From Eledone cirrhosa (Eukaryota), in contig OZ024744.1 in NCBI GenBank assembly GCA_964016885.1, positions 38,626,001 to 38,690,000 on the forward strand: a DNA stretch of 64,000 nucleotides, read 5' to 3'. The position numbers were made by a program, and so were the translations under genes. How positions within the stretch are numbered: position 1 is the first letter of the stretch; the number at the start of each line of letters is the position of its first letter. Of this stretch, positions 1 to 13,361 are shown one piece after another. The notes below the pieces were generated by a model. That model saw only the letters and a program-made list of their open reading frames with translations. It was not told the origin of the DNA and did not search any database.

Positions 1-1960
1 GGCCCTGATCAACTTGGATCAATCTAAGGCATTCGATAGGGTCGACCATCGTTACCTGGATGCGGTGCTAGCGGCGGCAGGCTTCGGACCCGTTTTCAGG
101 GGCTGGATCAATGCCATGCACAGCAGCCGCATCTGCTCTAGGGTCAAGGTGAACGGCTACCTCTCGGAGCCATTCGAAATCGCGCGGTCCATCCGACAGG
201 GGTGCCATCTCTCCTCCCTTCTGTATGTAATGACTCTAGAGCCACTGCTGCGGAAGTTGGAGTTGTTGCAGGGCATCCCGTTGGAACCGGGATTGCGGAA
301 AGCGGTGTCAGCCTACGCCGATGACGTAACAGTAATGGTGTCGACGGCCTCGGAAATCAGGGCGATCGGCACCTTACTGGAGGAGTACGAAAGGTTTACA
401 GGGGCTAAGCTGAACCGGGACAAGTCGATCGGTTTGCAACTCGGCACGTGGAGGGGCAGATCGATGCCCTCCGATGGCGTCGTCGGGCGCTGGACGGAGG
501 GCCCGGTGAAGTTGCTCGGGGTCTGGTTCGGACCAAACCTCCAGGTGGAGAAGAACTGGGGTGAGGTGACGAACAGGGTATTTGCACTGACCCAGAAGTG
601 GGCCGAGTGCAAACTGTCCCTGAAAGGACGGGCGGAGGTGGCGAACACTTATATAGCGTCCGTCATCTACTACCGCCTGACCGTTGTGCCTTGCCCAAGG
701 GAAACGCTCGCCAAAATGGAGCGCGCACTCTTCCAATTCCTTTGGAAGAAGCGGGCTCCTTTGGTGAGGAGATCCATCTGCTGTCAACACCCTTCGAAAG
801 GAGGGCTGGGGATGACGTGGCTAATGATACGTAAACACGCATTAAGGCTACGGCACCTTCAGGTATTCCTCTCCGGTCAACCGGTGTGGGCCCCGTTTGT
901 GAGGCGAGCCTTTCCCAGACTCGTCTCACTCACCGAGCTGCAATCCTGGGTCAAGCAAAGACCGAGAAAACTGGGCGCCTGGCACACCGAGTGTGCCCAG
1001 GCACTCACGGCTCTCTGGCAGGCGGACCCGGCTGTCAGTGGAGAATCCACCTCGTCATTCTATAGAGGGCTGGTGGTTAGCAGGTGCGACGACGCCCTTG
1101 GAGAAGCCCTAGGCATGGAGGAAGACGAACTGGCCAACCTGTTCGGTAGGACATTCAGTCCGGGACCCATGGATAACTTCCAGAGGTCCCTGGCCTGGCA
1201 ATGCTACAGAAGGGCTCTGCCCGTTCGAGAAAGGCTCTACAGACACGGGCGCCCGGGTAGGGACCCATCGAAAAAGATATGTCCCAGATGCGTGTGCGAC
1301 GAGGAAACCGTTGCACACGCATTGGTACACTGCTCGGGCATTGCCGATCTGTGGGGTTATGTCGAACAACTGCTGTCAAGGGTGGGACCAATCCGGTTGA
1401 CCACCGAGTCTATTGTAACGATCAAGCCGCCTCCCCTCTTCAAAAACGAAGGAGAGGCGGTATTTCTGTGCGTAATAGCCATGGCGAAAGAGGTTGTATG
1501 GTGGACGCGTCTGAAAGGACTGAGGTCAGACACCTTTCTCTCTGGCCAACAACTGGTCCGTTTCTTCCGATATCATTTCGGAAGAAGGATCAGGATGGAG
1601 AGAGAGGTGCTGCACCCCAGCCGTTTCTATGAAAGATGGGTGAAAGTGGCGAGAATGGCCCGTGTGAATGGACCTTCACTCTACATCAGACTATAGGTGA
1701 GGAAGATGAAAGACCAAGGGAGCACCCCTTCTCTGTGCTCCTGAGGAGAAGGGTTGCACACTTTTTTCGGGGGTGTGTGCGACCCCCCAAGGCGCCTCCT
1801 CTCTATTGAGGACTTTGTTATAAATTTTATTTTTTGTTATATTTTATTTTATTTTTATATATTGTTATTGCCTCCTCCTTATTAAGGACGCCTTGTTTTG
1901 TAAACTCCCCCCATTGTACTTGTCCCACTTTTGATGCCCTGGTGGCAAATAAAAGAAACA
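1..1960 (+). mobile_element. Tx1-like (L1 clade) non-LTR retrotransposon copy 1: 3' half of ORF2 (RT, C-terminal CCHC) plus 3'UTR, cut by window edge
   Basis: ORF 14-1696 has DQSKAFDRVDH, IRQGCHLS, YADD and CPRC..ETVAHALVHC. The 3'UTR ends with AATAAA followed by (TCTA)n. It is a close paralog of ORF 4400-7687. Confidence 0.95.
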
Positions 1961-1981
1961 TATCTATGTATCTAATCATCC

Positions 1982-2045
<64 letters not shown>

Positions 2046-2210
2046 CACTTTCGCTCTCTATCTATCTATCTATCAATCAATCTCTCTCTCGCTCTCTATC
2101 TATCTATCTAATCATCCATCTATCTATCCATCCATCCATCCATCTATCTATCTATCTATCTATCTATCTATATATCTATCCATCCATCTATCTATCTATC
2201 TATCTATCTT
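1961..2210 (+). repeat. (TCTA)n/(TCCA)n microsatellite between Tx1 copies 1 and 2
   Basis: Read directly. Confidence 0.97.
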
Positions 2211-2411
2211 GATAGAGTAAGACACGCTTCGCATCGGCTCCGCTATTCCATCGGGATTTACCCTTACTATTGTAAGTACCGGATAAATTTTTTAGTGCAA
2301 CACATTTGGAACACTAACCCCTGTTATTTAGGGAAACATTTTTGCATTTACCCCCTTTTTAGGGGGTAAAATAAATATCTATTTTTGCCGAAAAATTTCT
2401 TTCTTGGCAGC

Positions 2412-4246
2412 ATGGCGGAAAAGATGGCAGACATGTCTGCCATTAGCTCTGCCACGCCCCCCAAGTCTGAAGAACAAAAAATAATTACAACAAAATTAGA
2501 CATTGAAACAAACAAACAAAATGAAAAAACAAATGTTAAGGAAAATGAGCAAACAGAAAACAAACAAACAGAAAATAATACAAATAACGACAGGGCAACT
2601 TTCGCCCAGAAAACAAAACAATCCATTACATACACACCAATTGACCTAACTGCCGCCAGAGAAAAACTGGCCGAAGCAAAGAAACACATTGTTTTGGGGG
2701 AGAACGGAATGTTTTCCATTAACTCCCCCCCAGAATTCAAGAAAGCCAGAGCAGAAAACACAGTTCTCTACAGAACTATACTGAACCAGACAAGAAAGCC
2801 AGCACAGCCCAGCCAAATGGAAATAGAGTTAGTCCTAAAAGACTATATGAAGAATATTCTCTTCATACGAAAGGACCGACTCTATGGCAGCATTTCGGTC
2901 CTAACAAGAGACAAAGAAACGGCGGAGAAGCTTTCCCTAAGCCCACTCTCGTCGACAACATATAGCTTCTATCCCTCCTACATGGGTAGAAGAACACAGA
3001 GAGTAAAAGTAAAAACAATGCTGCCCACAATGGACTTCTGGTGGGCTATTGCTGGCTTCATTGATATGGGCGAAGACACAATGCTGTCAATGGGGAAGGC
3101 AACTGGAGATGCGTTCCTGGGAATGGGCCTCGACATACTAGTCCAAATGAGGCCCGAAAGAATAGCACAAATCCCGGATCGCATCTGGCTGGATGACCTT
3201 ACCCCAATAGACATAATTGTAGAGGGGAGAAGACCAGCATGCTATTTATGCATGGAAAGGGGACACGTTAAGGCTAACTGCCCGAAACGTATCCCCCAAA
3301 AAGGACTAGTGCCCACACCCACCACAAACAGTACACCAACACCACCCACCTCCAAAAATACACTAATACCACACACAGCAAACAAAATACAGACACCACC
3401 AACCACAAACACAACACAAACATCACCACCACCAGCACCAAACACAAGCACGACACAAAAATCACCACCACCAACCACAACACAAACATCACCACCACCA
3501 TCACCAACCACAAGCACGACACAAACATTACCACCACCACCACAAAACCCATTCCAAACAAATAATAAAAAAAACAGTAACAAATCTACCCCTCCCGCAA
3601 AAAAAACAACAACCACACAACACGTCCCTCCCACCTAGCGCTGAAGAGTTTCCCCCAACTTCTGAAGAAGAAGGAGGAGAAGCCTTCAGACAAGTTAAAA
3701 GAAAAAAAAGAAAACACACACCCAGCACACCACAAATAACCCACACACAAACACCAACTCCAATCAAAAACACCCCACCCTCAACAAACAAAAATAAAAT
3801 CTGCGCCTCCCCTCTCCGAAACATTGACAGCATCACAAAAAAAGACGTTGCAATACACATATATAAATAAAGAAAACAAAAAACTGGTTAAATTAATAAA
3901 CAATAACCCTATGGTGCAGACCGAAGGGCCAAACTTTATCTCAACAGAGAACTTCACCCATTTAAAAATGATAAAGGTCCCTCTGGACCTTTATCGTTCC
4001 TTAAAAGAACAATTTAGACGGGACGTGAGCCCCCCCTGTTTAAAACCGTTGAATCGCGTCCTCTTGAAAGATTTCCCCATAACCGCCCCTCTCCCTGACA
4101 CAACTCCAAATACCCCAACCCCACCACACACGTGTACCCCCACACCACCACAAAACATCCCTCCACCCAACACACCTGATGCCATGGAAATTACGCAACC
4201 CGGAGAGGTAAGTGCTTTTCTTTCTTCACTTTCAACACCAAAATAG
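2412..4246 (+). pseudogene. Tx1 ORF1 (zinc-knuckle gag-like protein with Pro/Thr-rich linker), broken by two apparent +1 frameshifts
   Basis: ORF 2385-3638 has CYLCMERGHVKANC (CX2CX4HX4C). The reading continues in shifted frames into ORF 3824-4246, whose end (MIKVPLDLYRSLKEQF) matches copy 3 ORF 8401-8667 (MIRVPTDTYKSLKENF). Confidence 0.85.
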
Positions 4247-7200
4247 ATCAATTGAGAGTTGGCTGTTTGAACGCGCGTGGCCTGGGCTCAGCTTGGAAGC
4301 AAGCAAAGCTTCTAAGTGACCTCAGGTCACAAAGTATAGATGTGATGGTTGTTTGCGAGAGTCGGATCAGCAGCGTGAGACAGCTGGCGCCCGCCTTCGA
4401 TGACTTTGAGATGCACGCATCTCTCTGTCAACCCGGAGGCGGGGGGGGGGGGGGGAGTTGCCGTACTGCTGGATAAACGTCTGACTCTCGACGTACAGAT
4501 TGTTCACTCGGACCCGGGGGGTCGATTACTGGTGCTGGACGTCGGAGGCGGTGAAGGCGGGGCTTTCAGACTGGTCGGTCTTTATGCTCCCTTCGGGGCG
4601 GAAAGAGCCGACTTCTTCCAACGTCTGGAGACTTTTCTAGGAACGTCGCGTTCCCTGCTTTTAGTGGGGGACTGGAATGGAATCCTAGATGCGCGTTGGG
4701 ACTATGCAGGGGCATGTCCCGATAGAGGGGGGTGTAGCAGCCTCAAGGGGTTACTCGATCGATTCGACCTGGTCGATAGATTTCGACTAGAATGTCCAAC
4801 TGCGCCAACCTGGACCTGGGCAAACCGCAGTGGACAATCTAGATCGTACCTAGATAGGTTTTTGGTTAGGAGTAAGGATAGGGACGTATTTAGTTGTCCA
4901 GAACTGATCATGGTTGGCTATTCAGATCACAAATTAGTGACCTGCGTGGTCAACCTTGATAGAACGCATAGACAGGGTCCCGGTTACTGGAAGATGAACT
5001 TGTCCTTACCGACAAAGAATGATTACAGAAACCGGATTAGTAGCTTAGTTAAGATGCGGTTGACGGGAGCGATCGTCAACAGTAGGTGGTGGATATCTCT
5101 AAAGAGAGAGATTAGAGTAAGTTCGATAGGTTACAGTAAGGAACTAGCGGCGAATAGAAATAGGAGGGAAAGGGAGTTAACAGATAAACTAGAAGAGGCG
5201 ATTAGGAGCGGAGACGTAGCCAGAGTGTTAGCGACGAGAACGGCATTGAGCCAGTTCTTTGACGCGAAGCACGAAGGCTGCGTTGTCCGAAGTAAAATAC
5301 GTGCTTTAGGAAACGAGGGGACCAAAGCTGTTAGCTGGGCCCGCGTGACAGAAGCCAAGAGTGGGATTAAATCCACCATTCGGTCTTTGCGAGACCAGGA
5401 TGGACGGGTGATCCTTGAACCTGAGCGAATGTGCGAGACCTTTCAAAGGCACTTTGCTCGACTGTTCGGAGGTGGCGGGGGGCCGGACGGGGATGTGGAC
5501 TTCGGTCCATACCTCGACGGTCTACCGCGTCTTTCGAGCAGCGAAGCGGAGTGCTGCGAAAGGCCAATCACAGCCACTGAAATCGGGGAAGCGCTCAGCC
5601 AATGCAGCAGACGCAAATCCCCGGGTCTCGATGGTCTACCATACGAACTTTATTTAGCTATGCCTGTCTTGTTCTCCGAACTCCTCGAGGCTGTCTATTG
5701 CAACTGGCAACAGAACGGGAGAATTCCCTGTTCTGTGACCAAGGGCGTGGTCACGCTAGTGAGGAAGGACGAGAGCAAGGGGGACGACTTAAGTAACTTT
5801 AGGCCCATAACTCTGCTGAATGCAGAGTTACAGATTTTGGCCAAGGTGTTGGCGAAGAGGTTGGCGCTTGTGGTGGGTGGTTTGGTGGGAGACGCGCAGA
5901 CATGCGCTATCCCGTCCAGGTCCATTCACGACAACCTCCACCTCATGCGATACATCATAGAGAGGGTTGGCTACGAACCCGGCTTTGGTGGGGCCCTGAT
6001 CAACTTGGATCAATCTAAGGCGTTCGATAGGGTCGACCATGGTTACCTGGATGCGGTGCTAGCGGCGGCGGGCTTCGGACCCGTTTTCAGGGGCTGGATT
6101 TCTGCCATGCACAGTGGCAACATCTACTCTAGGATTAAAGTAAACGGCTACCTCTCGGAGCCGTTTCAAATCACCCGATCCATCAGACAGGGGTGCCCCC
6201 TCTCCTCCCTTCTGTACGTATTGACTCTCGAGCCACTGCTGCGGAAGTTGGAGTTGCTGCGGGGCATACCCCTGGAACCGGGATTGCACAAAGCGGTCTC
6301 GGCCTATGCCGACGACGTAACAGTAATGGTGGCGGACGCCTCGGAAATCGGGGCGATCGCCACCCTACTGGAGGAATACGAAAGGCTGACGGGGGCTAAG
6401 CTGAACCAGGACAAGTCAGTCGGTTTGCAACTCGGAACGTGGAGGGGCAAACCGATGCCGTTAGACGGTGTCGTCGGGCGGTGGACGGAGGGCCCGGTGA
6501 AGCTGCTCGGGGTCTGGTTCGGACCGGACCTCCAGGTGGAGAAGAATTGGGGCGAGGTGACGAGCAGGGTGTTTGCGCTGACCCAGAAGTGGGCCAAGTG
6601 CAAACTATCACTGAAAGGTCGGGCGGAGGTGACGAACGCTTACATAGCGTCCGTCATCTACTACCGCCTGACCGTCGTGCCTTGCCCCAAGGAAAAGCTC
6701 ACCATCATGGAACGCATGCTCTTCCAGTTCCTCTGGAAGAAGCGGCCTCCCATGGTGAGGAGATCCATCTGCTGCCAGCACCCTTCGAAAGGAGGGCTGG
6801 GTATGCCGTGGCTGTTGATGCGTAGGCACGCATTGAGGCTACGGCATCTACAGGTATTCCTCAACGGTCAGCCGGTGTGGGCCCCGTTTGTGAGGCGAGC
6901 CTTCCCACAGCTCGTCTCGCTCACCGAACTGCAATCCTGGGTGAAGCAAAGACCGAGAAAACTGGGCAACTGGCACACTGAGTGTGCCCAGGCGCTCACG
7001 GCTATCTGGCAAGCGGACCCGACTGTCAGTGGAGAATCCACCTCGACATTCTATAGAGGGTTGGTGGCTAGCAGGGGCGACGACACCCTTGGAGAGTCGC
7101 TAGGCATGGAGGAGGACGAACTGGCCAGCCTGTTCGGTAGAACTTTCGGCCCGGGACCCATGGACAACTTCCAGAGGTCCCTAGCCTGGCAGTGTTACCG

Positions 7201-7687
7201 GGGGGCTCTGCCCGTTCGAGAAAAGCTCTACAGACACGGGCGCCCGGGCAGGGATCCCGCGAAAAAGATCTGTCCCAGATGCGTGCGCGACGAGGAAACC
7301 GTTGCGCATGCACTGGTACACTGCCCGGGCGTTGCCGATCTGTGGGGCTACGTCGAACGACTGCTGCCGCGTGTGGCGCCGATTCGATTAACCGCCGAGT
7401 CTGTGGTGAACATCAAGCCGCCTCCTCCCTTCAGAAATGAAGTAGAGGCGGTCTTTCTGTGCGTAATAGCCATGATGAAAGAGGTTGTGTGGTGGACGCG
7501 CCTGAAAGGTCTGAGGTCGGGTGACTTTCTCTCCGGCCATCACCTGGTTTACTTCTTCCGATACCACTTCGGAAGAAGAATCAGGATGGAGAGAGAAGTG
7601 CTTGGTCCCAGACAGTTTTATGAAAGGTGGGTGAAAGAAGCGAGAATGGCCCGTGTAAATGGGCCTTCTCTCTACATTGTTCTGTAG
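4243..7687 (+). CDS. Tx1 ORF2: APE endonuclease + reverse transcriptase + CCHC; one frameshift in the G-run 4441-4455
   Basis: CLNARGL (ORF 4252-4476), then VGDWN, YLDRF, SDH, SPGLDG, FRPITLLN, DQSKAFD, QGCPLS and YADD in ORF 4400-7687. Confidence 0.93.
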
Positions 7688-7949
7688 GTGAAGAAGTGAA
7701 GAGGAAAGGGGGAGCGCCTCCTCTCTGGGCTTCCCCCGCGAAAAGAGTTGCACACTTTTCGGGGGTATGTGCAATCCCCAACACGCCCCCTCCCTTTTGA
7801 GGACTTTTTATTGTTATATTATTATTGTTATTCCTTTTTTCTTTACTCGATTTATGTAAACTCCCCCACTGTGTAAATGTCCCCTTCTTTTGTGCCCTCG
7901 TGGCAAATAAATAGAAATTTATCTATCTATCTATCTATCTATCTTTCTG

Positions 7950-10900
7950 TCTGACGCGTGGAACATCGCCGGTAAGTTTTTTTTGTTAATTTCTATACAA
8001 AAGACCGAACTAATTGTTTGAAAAAACATAACATTTTGTAGATTAACCCCCAAGCTGAATTGTCAGCTGGGTGGTAATCTCATTTTTCACCCCTTCAAGT
8101 GCGAAAATTTAATTTAAAAATTGTTTTAAAATATCAAATGTTGCCAACTATAAAACATGAATAGCTCGGAAAGAACGCTAGAGAACGTCGAGAGTGGTAG
8201 AGAGGCAGATATTAACGTTATATCTGCTTCTGCTACTATGGACGTCGCCATAGATACGACTGTCAACAAAGAGAAAAAATATTACCACTTGAAGATTTAA
8301 AAATTTCTACCGTCGAAGCGGAGAAAAATGACAATAACACACAGGAAAACACAGGAATTAAACCTATTAAGATACATACACATAAACGCATAATTTAAAG
8401 ATGATTAGGGTCCCTACCGACACCTATAAGTCTTTAAAGGAAAACTTTCCCAAGGACGTGGGTAATCCTTGTGTTAAACCCATTAACCGCGTCCTTTTAA
8501 AATGTTTCCCCACCCTCACCACAGTCACCCCATCCCACCAGAAACCTCCTCCCCACCAAATATCTCCGTCCCCACCCCACCGGAAACCACCACCCACCCA
8601 GACAACCCCTCCAACACCCTCATGGAAATTGTGCAGCCTGGTCCCCAGGAGACGAAGAGGTGAGTGATATATTTTCCTCTTCTTGTAACTTTTCAGCACC
8701 AACATGGCCAATATAAGAGTTGGATGTGTGAATGTACGCGGCCTGGGGTTGCCCTGGAAACAGGGCAAACTCTTAAACGACCTCAGGTCGCACAGTATGT
8801 ATGTAGTAGACATTTGCAAGACCAGGATCCACAGCGAGCGACAGCTGGCCCCCATATTCGACGACTTTGAGATATACGCATCGCTCTGTCAGCCGGGAGG
8901 TGGGGGTAGGGTTGCCATTTTGCTGCGGAAACACCTGGACCTCGTAACACAGACGGTACATCTGGACCCGGAGGGTCGACTGGTGGTCCTAGACGTTGAC
9001 GTTATTGAAGGTGGAGCCTTCAGGTTGGTGGCCGCATATGCCCCATCCGGAACACCCCGGCCAGGCTTCTTCAAACGTCTAGAGACTTTTCTGGGAACGT
9101 CCCGCTCCTTGCTTTTAGTGGGGGACTGGAATGGAATCCTAGATGCACGTTGGGACTATGTGGGAGCATGTCCCGATAAAGGGGGGTGTAACAGCCTCAA
9201 ACAGATAATCGGCCAATTAGACCTAGCCGATAGATATCGATTAGATTTTCCGTCTGTGCCACTGTGGACGTGGACTAATCTCAGCGGAACATCTAGATCG
9301 TACCTAGATAGGGTTCTAGTTAGAAATAAGGATAGGGACATGTTAAGCTGTCCACAAATGTTCATGGTTGCCCATTCAGATCACAAACTAGTGATCTGCA
9401 TGGTCAATCGTGATAGAACCCATGGACAAGGACGTGGCTACTGGAAGCTGAACTTGTCGTTACCGATATGCAAAGCCTACAGTAGACGGATTAGCACTTT
9501 AGTTAAACAGCACTTGACAGATGCCATTGTGAACAACAGATGGCGGTACCCTCTGAAGCGTTAAATAGAAATAGGACTGAAAAGGAACTGGTAGATAAAG
9601 TAGAAGAGGCAACGTAGCCAGCGTGTTAGCAACGAGAACGGCCTTGCACCAGTTCTTCGACGCAAAGCACGAGGGCTGCGTTGTCAGAAGAAAAATACGT
9701 GCTCTGGGTAACGAGCGAGCCAAAGCTGTTAGCTGGGCCCGAGTGACGGAGGCGAAAAGTGGCACAAGTCCACAATTCGGTCTTTGAAGGACCAAGACGG
9801 ACGCGTGATACGTGATCCAAAGCAGATGTGTGCGGCCTTTCAGCGGCACTTTGCTCAGCTGTTCGGGCAGAGCGGCGTGCCGGGAGGGGCTATGGATTTC
9901 GGTCCATACCTCGATGGCCTACCGCGACTCTCGGACAGCGAGGCGAAGTTCTGCGAAAAGCCGATTTCAGCCGCTGAGATAGGCGACGCGCTGAGCCAAT
10001 GCGGCAAACGCAAATCTCTAGGTCTCGACGGTCTACCCTACGGATTTTACGTAGCAATGCCGGACTTGTTCTCCGGTCTCCTGGAAGCGGTCTACTGCAA
10101 CTGACAGCAGAACGGGAGAATTGCCAGTTCTGTGACTAGGAGCGTAGTCACACTAGTCAGGAAGGACAAGAATAAGGGGGATGACATAGGCAACTTCCGG
10201 CCCATAACTCTGCTAAACACAGAGTTACAGATTTTGGCCAAGGTGTTGGCAAAGAGGCTGGCGCTTGTCATCAAAAACCTGGTGGGAGATGCGCAGACAT
10301 GCGCAATCCTGACCAGGTCCATACACGACAACCTCCACCTCATGCGATACATCATAGAGAGGGTAGGGTGTAAACCCGGCTTCATTGGGGCCCTAATCAA
10401 CTTGGATCAGTCTAAGGCTTTCGATAGGGTTGACCATCGTTACCTGGATGCGGTGCTCGAGGCGGCAGGCTTCGGACCTGTATTCAGGGGCTGGATTGGT
10501 GCAATGCACAACAGCAACATCTGCTCGACGGTCAAGGTGAACGGCTACCTCTCGGAGCTGTTTCATAACACGCAATCCATCCGACAGGGATGCCCTCTCT
10601 CCTCCCTTCTGTACGTACTGACGCTCGAGCCATTAATGCGGAAGTTGGAGCTATTGCAGGGCATCCCTCTAGAACCGGGACTGCAGAAAGTGGCGTCGGC
10701 CTACGCCGACGACGTAACAGTAATGGTGTCGAGCACCTAGCAAATCGAGGAAGTCGGCACCTTACTGAAGGAATACGAAGGTTCACAGGAGCGAAGCTGA
10801 ACCCGGACAAGTCCGTCGGTTTGCAACTCGGATCGTGGAGAAGCACACCAATGCCTTCCGATGGCGTCGTCCGACGCTGGATGGAAGGACCGGTGAAGCT

Positions 10901-12270
10901 GCTCGGAGTCTGGTTTGGTCCGGACTTCCAGGTGGAGAAAACCTGGAACGAGGTTACGGCCAAGGTTTTTGCACTCACCCAGAAGTGAGAAAACTATCCA
11001 TAGTGCAAACTATCCTTCAAAGGTCGAGCGGAGGTGCCGAACACTTTTATAGCGTCAGTAATCTACTACCGCTTGACCGTCGTGCCTTGTCCAGCCAAAA
11101 CGCTCACCAAAATGGAGCGCGCGCTCTTCCAATTCCTTTGGAAGAAGCGGGCTCCTTTGGTGAGAAGATCCATCTGCTGCCAACACCCTTCCAACGGAGG
11201 GCTGGAGATGCCAGGGCTGGAGATGCCGGGGCTGACGATGCGCAAACACGCGCTTAGGCTGCGGCATCTCTACGTATTCCTCACCGGACAACCGGTGTGG
11301 GCCCCGTTCGTGAGGCGAGCCGTCCCACGATTCGTCTCGCTGACCGAGCTGCAGTCCTGGGTCAAGCAAAGACCGTGGAAAATCGGCGACTGGCACATCG
11401 AACGTGCTCATAGCCCTCTGGCAGGCGGACCCGACGATCACTGGAGCCTACACTTCGTCATTCTATAGAGGGTTGATCCGCAGCAAGTGTGACGACGCGC
11501 TCGGAGAATCTCTAGGCGTAGAGGAAGACGAACTGGCCAGTCTGTTCGGTAGGACCTTCCACCCGGGACCGATGGACAACTTCCAAAAGTCCCTGGCCTG
11601 GCAGTGCTACCGAGGAGCTCTACCAGTTCGAGACAAGCTCTACAGACATGGGCACTCGAGCAGGGACCCTTCGAAAAAGATCTGTCACGCATTCATAAAC
11701 TGCCCGGGCGTTACCGACCTGTGGGTCTATGTAGAACGATTATTGTCGCGGGTGGGACCAATCCGGTTGACCATCAAGTCAATTGTCATGATCAAACCGC
11801 CACCCTCCTTCAAAAACGAAGGAGAGGCGGTTTTTCTTTGTGTGATAGCTATGGCGAAAGGGGTTGTATGGTGGACAAGGTTAAAAAGGTTAAAAACTGA
11901 TTCTTTTTTTTTCAAATACCACTTTGGAAGAAGAATCAGGATGGAGAGAGAGGTGCTGTACCCCAACAAGTTTTATGAAAGGTGGGTGAAAGTGGCGAGA
12001 ATGGCCCGAGTGAATGGGCCTTCTCTCTATATCAGCCTGTGGGTTGAGGAAAAAGAGGAAGAGGGGAAAGGGGTACAAACTCTTCGTACTCCTGGAGATG
12101 AGGGTTGCACATTTTTTTCGGGGGTATGTGTTACCCATATGAAATGTCTACCCCTATTGGGGAAAATCGATTAATTTTTAAATTGAAATTGTGATAACAT
12201 TTTACACGTCTTTATTGTATGTAAACTTTCCCCTTTGTATTTGTCCCCTGTGGCTAATAAAGAAACATAT
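7950..12270 (+). mobile_element. Degenerate Tx1-like copy 3: ORF1 mostly deleted, ORF2 (8704-~12045) with stops and frameshifts
   Basis: ORF fragments 8704-9564, 9784-10104, 10132-10740, 11034-11468 and 11404-12174 are collinear with copy 2 ORF2. It is preceded by (TCTA)n at 7921-7945 and followed by degenerate TCTA. Confidence 0.93.
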
Positions 12271-12732
12271 CTATCTATATAAAAAGAAAGTTATCTATTT
12301 CTCTATCTATGTATCTATATATCTATTTATTTGTCTATCTGTCTATCTAGATTGCTATGTCTCTTATTTATCTATCTATATATTTGTTTATCTAACCATC
12401 CTCACATTCCCCCCATATATTCTTATGTGATTTTATATATCCAACTTTAGTTCCTTTTAAGTAATGTTTATGATCTGTTGTCATCAATCAATTTCACCGA
12501 CTGTATTTCGTCTGTTAAACCACACTTCTCCTTATCTATCTACCCTCTTTTATTTTCTATATCTCTTTCTTTCGTTCTTCTTGATTTAATTTTCTTTATT
12601 ATTCATTCTTTAATACAACGTATTTACTTTATTTATTTTATCTATTCACAGAAGTATGACTAGAGTCAACAAGTACTTAAAAAACAAAAACTGTTTGCCC
12701 TCTGCTATAAAACTGGAAAAAAAAAAAACGCC

Positions 12733-12778
12733 ATTATCATTATCATCATCATCGGCTAAACCCTCCCCCTCCTCCTCC

Positions 12779-12829
<51 letters not shown>

Positions 12830-12966
12830 CCACTACCACCACCAGTATGATCGTCATCATCATCATCATCACCATCATTATCACCACACCAACATCACCA
12901 CCACTACCATCACCACCATCATCATCACCACCATCTTATCCACCACCACCACCAACAGCATCATCA

Positions 12967-12997
<31 letters not shown>

Positions 12998-13020
12998 CCA
13001 TAGCAACAACAACAACAACG
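12733..13020. repeat. (TCA)n/(CCA)n/(CAA)n trinucleotide repeat region
   Basis: Read directly. Confidence 0.95.
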
Positions 13021-13361
13021 ATGAAAGAAAACTAAGTCACAACATAAAAAATAAATATAAGAACATGAACAAAAATTGAGAGACATTCCAATGTGTCAGC
13101 GGGTTACATTGGTCTTTTTTTTTGGGGGGGGGGTACCTTTTTCCCCACGCATCTATGATCCAGTCATATACCGCCGTGTATACGTTTGTATATATATGCG
13201 CTTGTCAGCAATATAAACCCACGCATGGGTGTGTATGTATGTATGGTTTTGTGTAAAGGGTTGTATTATAACCGTATGTATATATGTATGCATCTATGTA
13301 TGTATGCGTGTACGTATGTAAGTACGTATGTATGTATGGATGTATGTATTACGTACGTATA

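Larger units (their letters stand above)
2211..7920 (+). mobile_element. Full-length Tx1-like retrotransposon copy 2 (5'UTR, ORF1, ORF2, 3'UTR)
   Basis: Flanked by (TCTA)n on both sides, with gag-like ORF1, APE-RT-CCHC ORF2 and AATAAA near 7906. Confidence 0.95.

Noticed and set aside
11199-11243. 15-bp tandem triplication in Tx1 copy 3
   Set aside because: Local slippage in a dead copy; absent from copies 1 and 2.
313-12138. Antisense and alternate-frame ORFs within the Tx1 elements
   Set aside because: They are shadow ORFs of GC-rich coding sequence with no motifs, and they recur only because the copies are paralogous.
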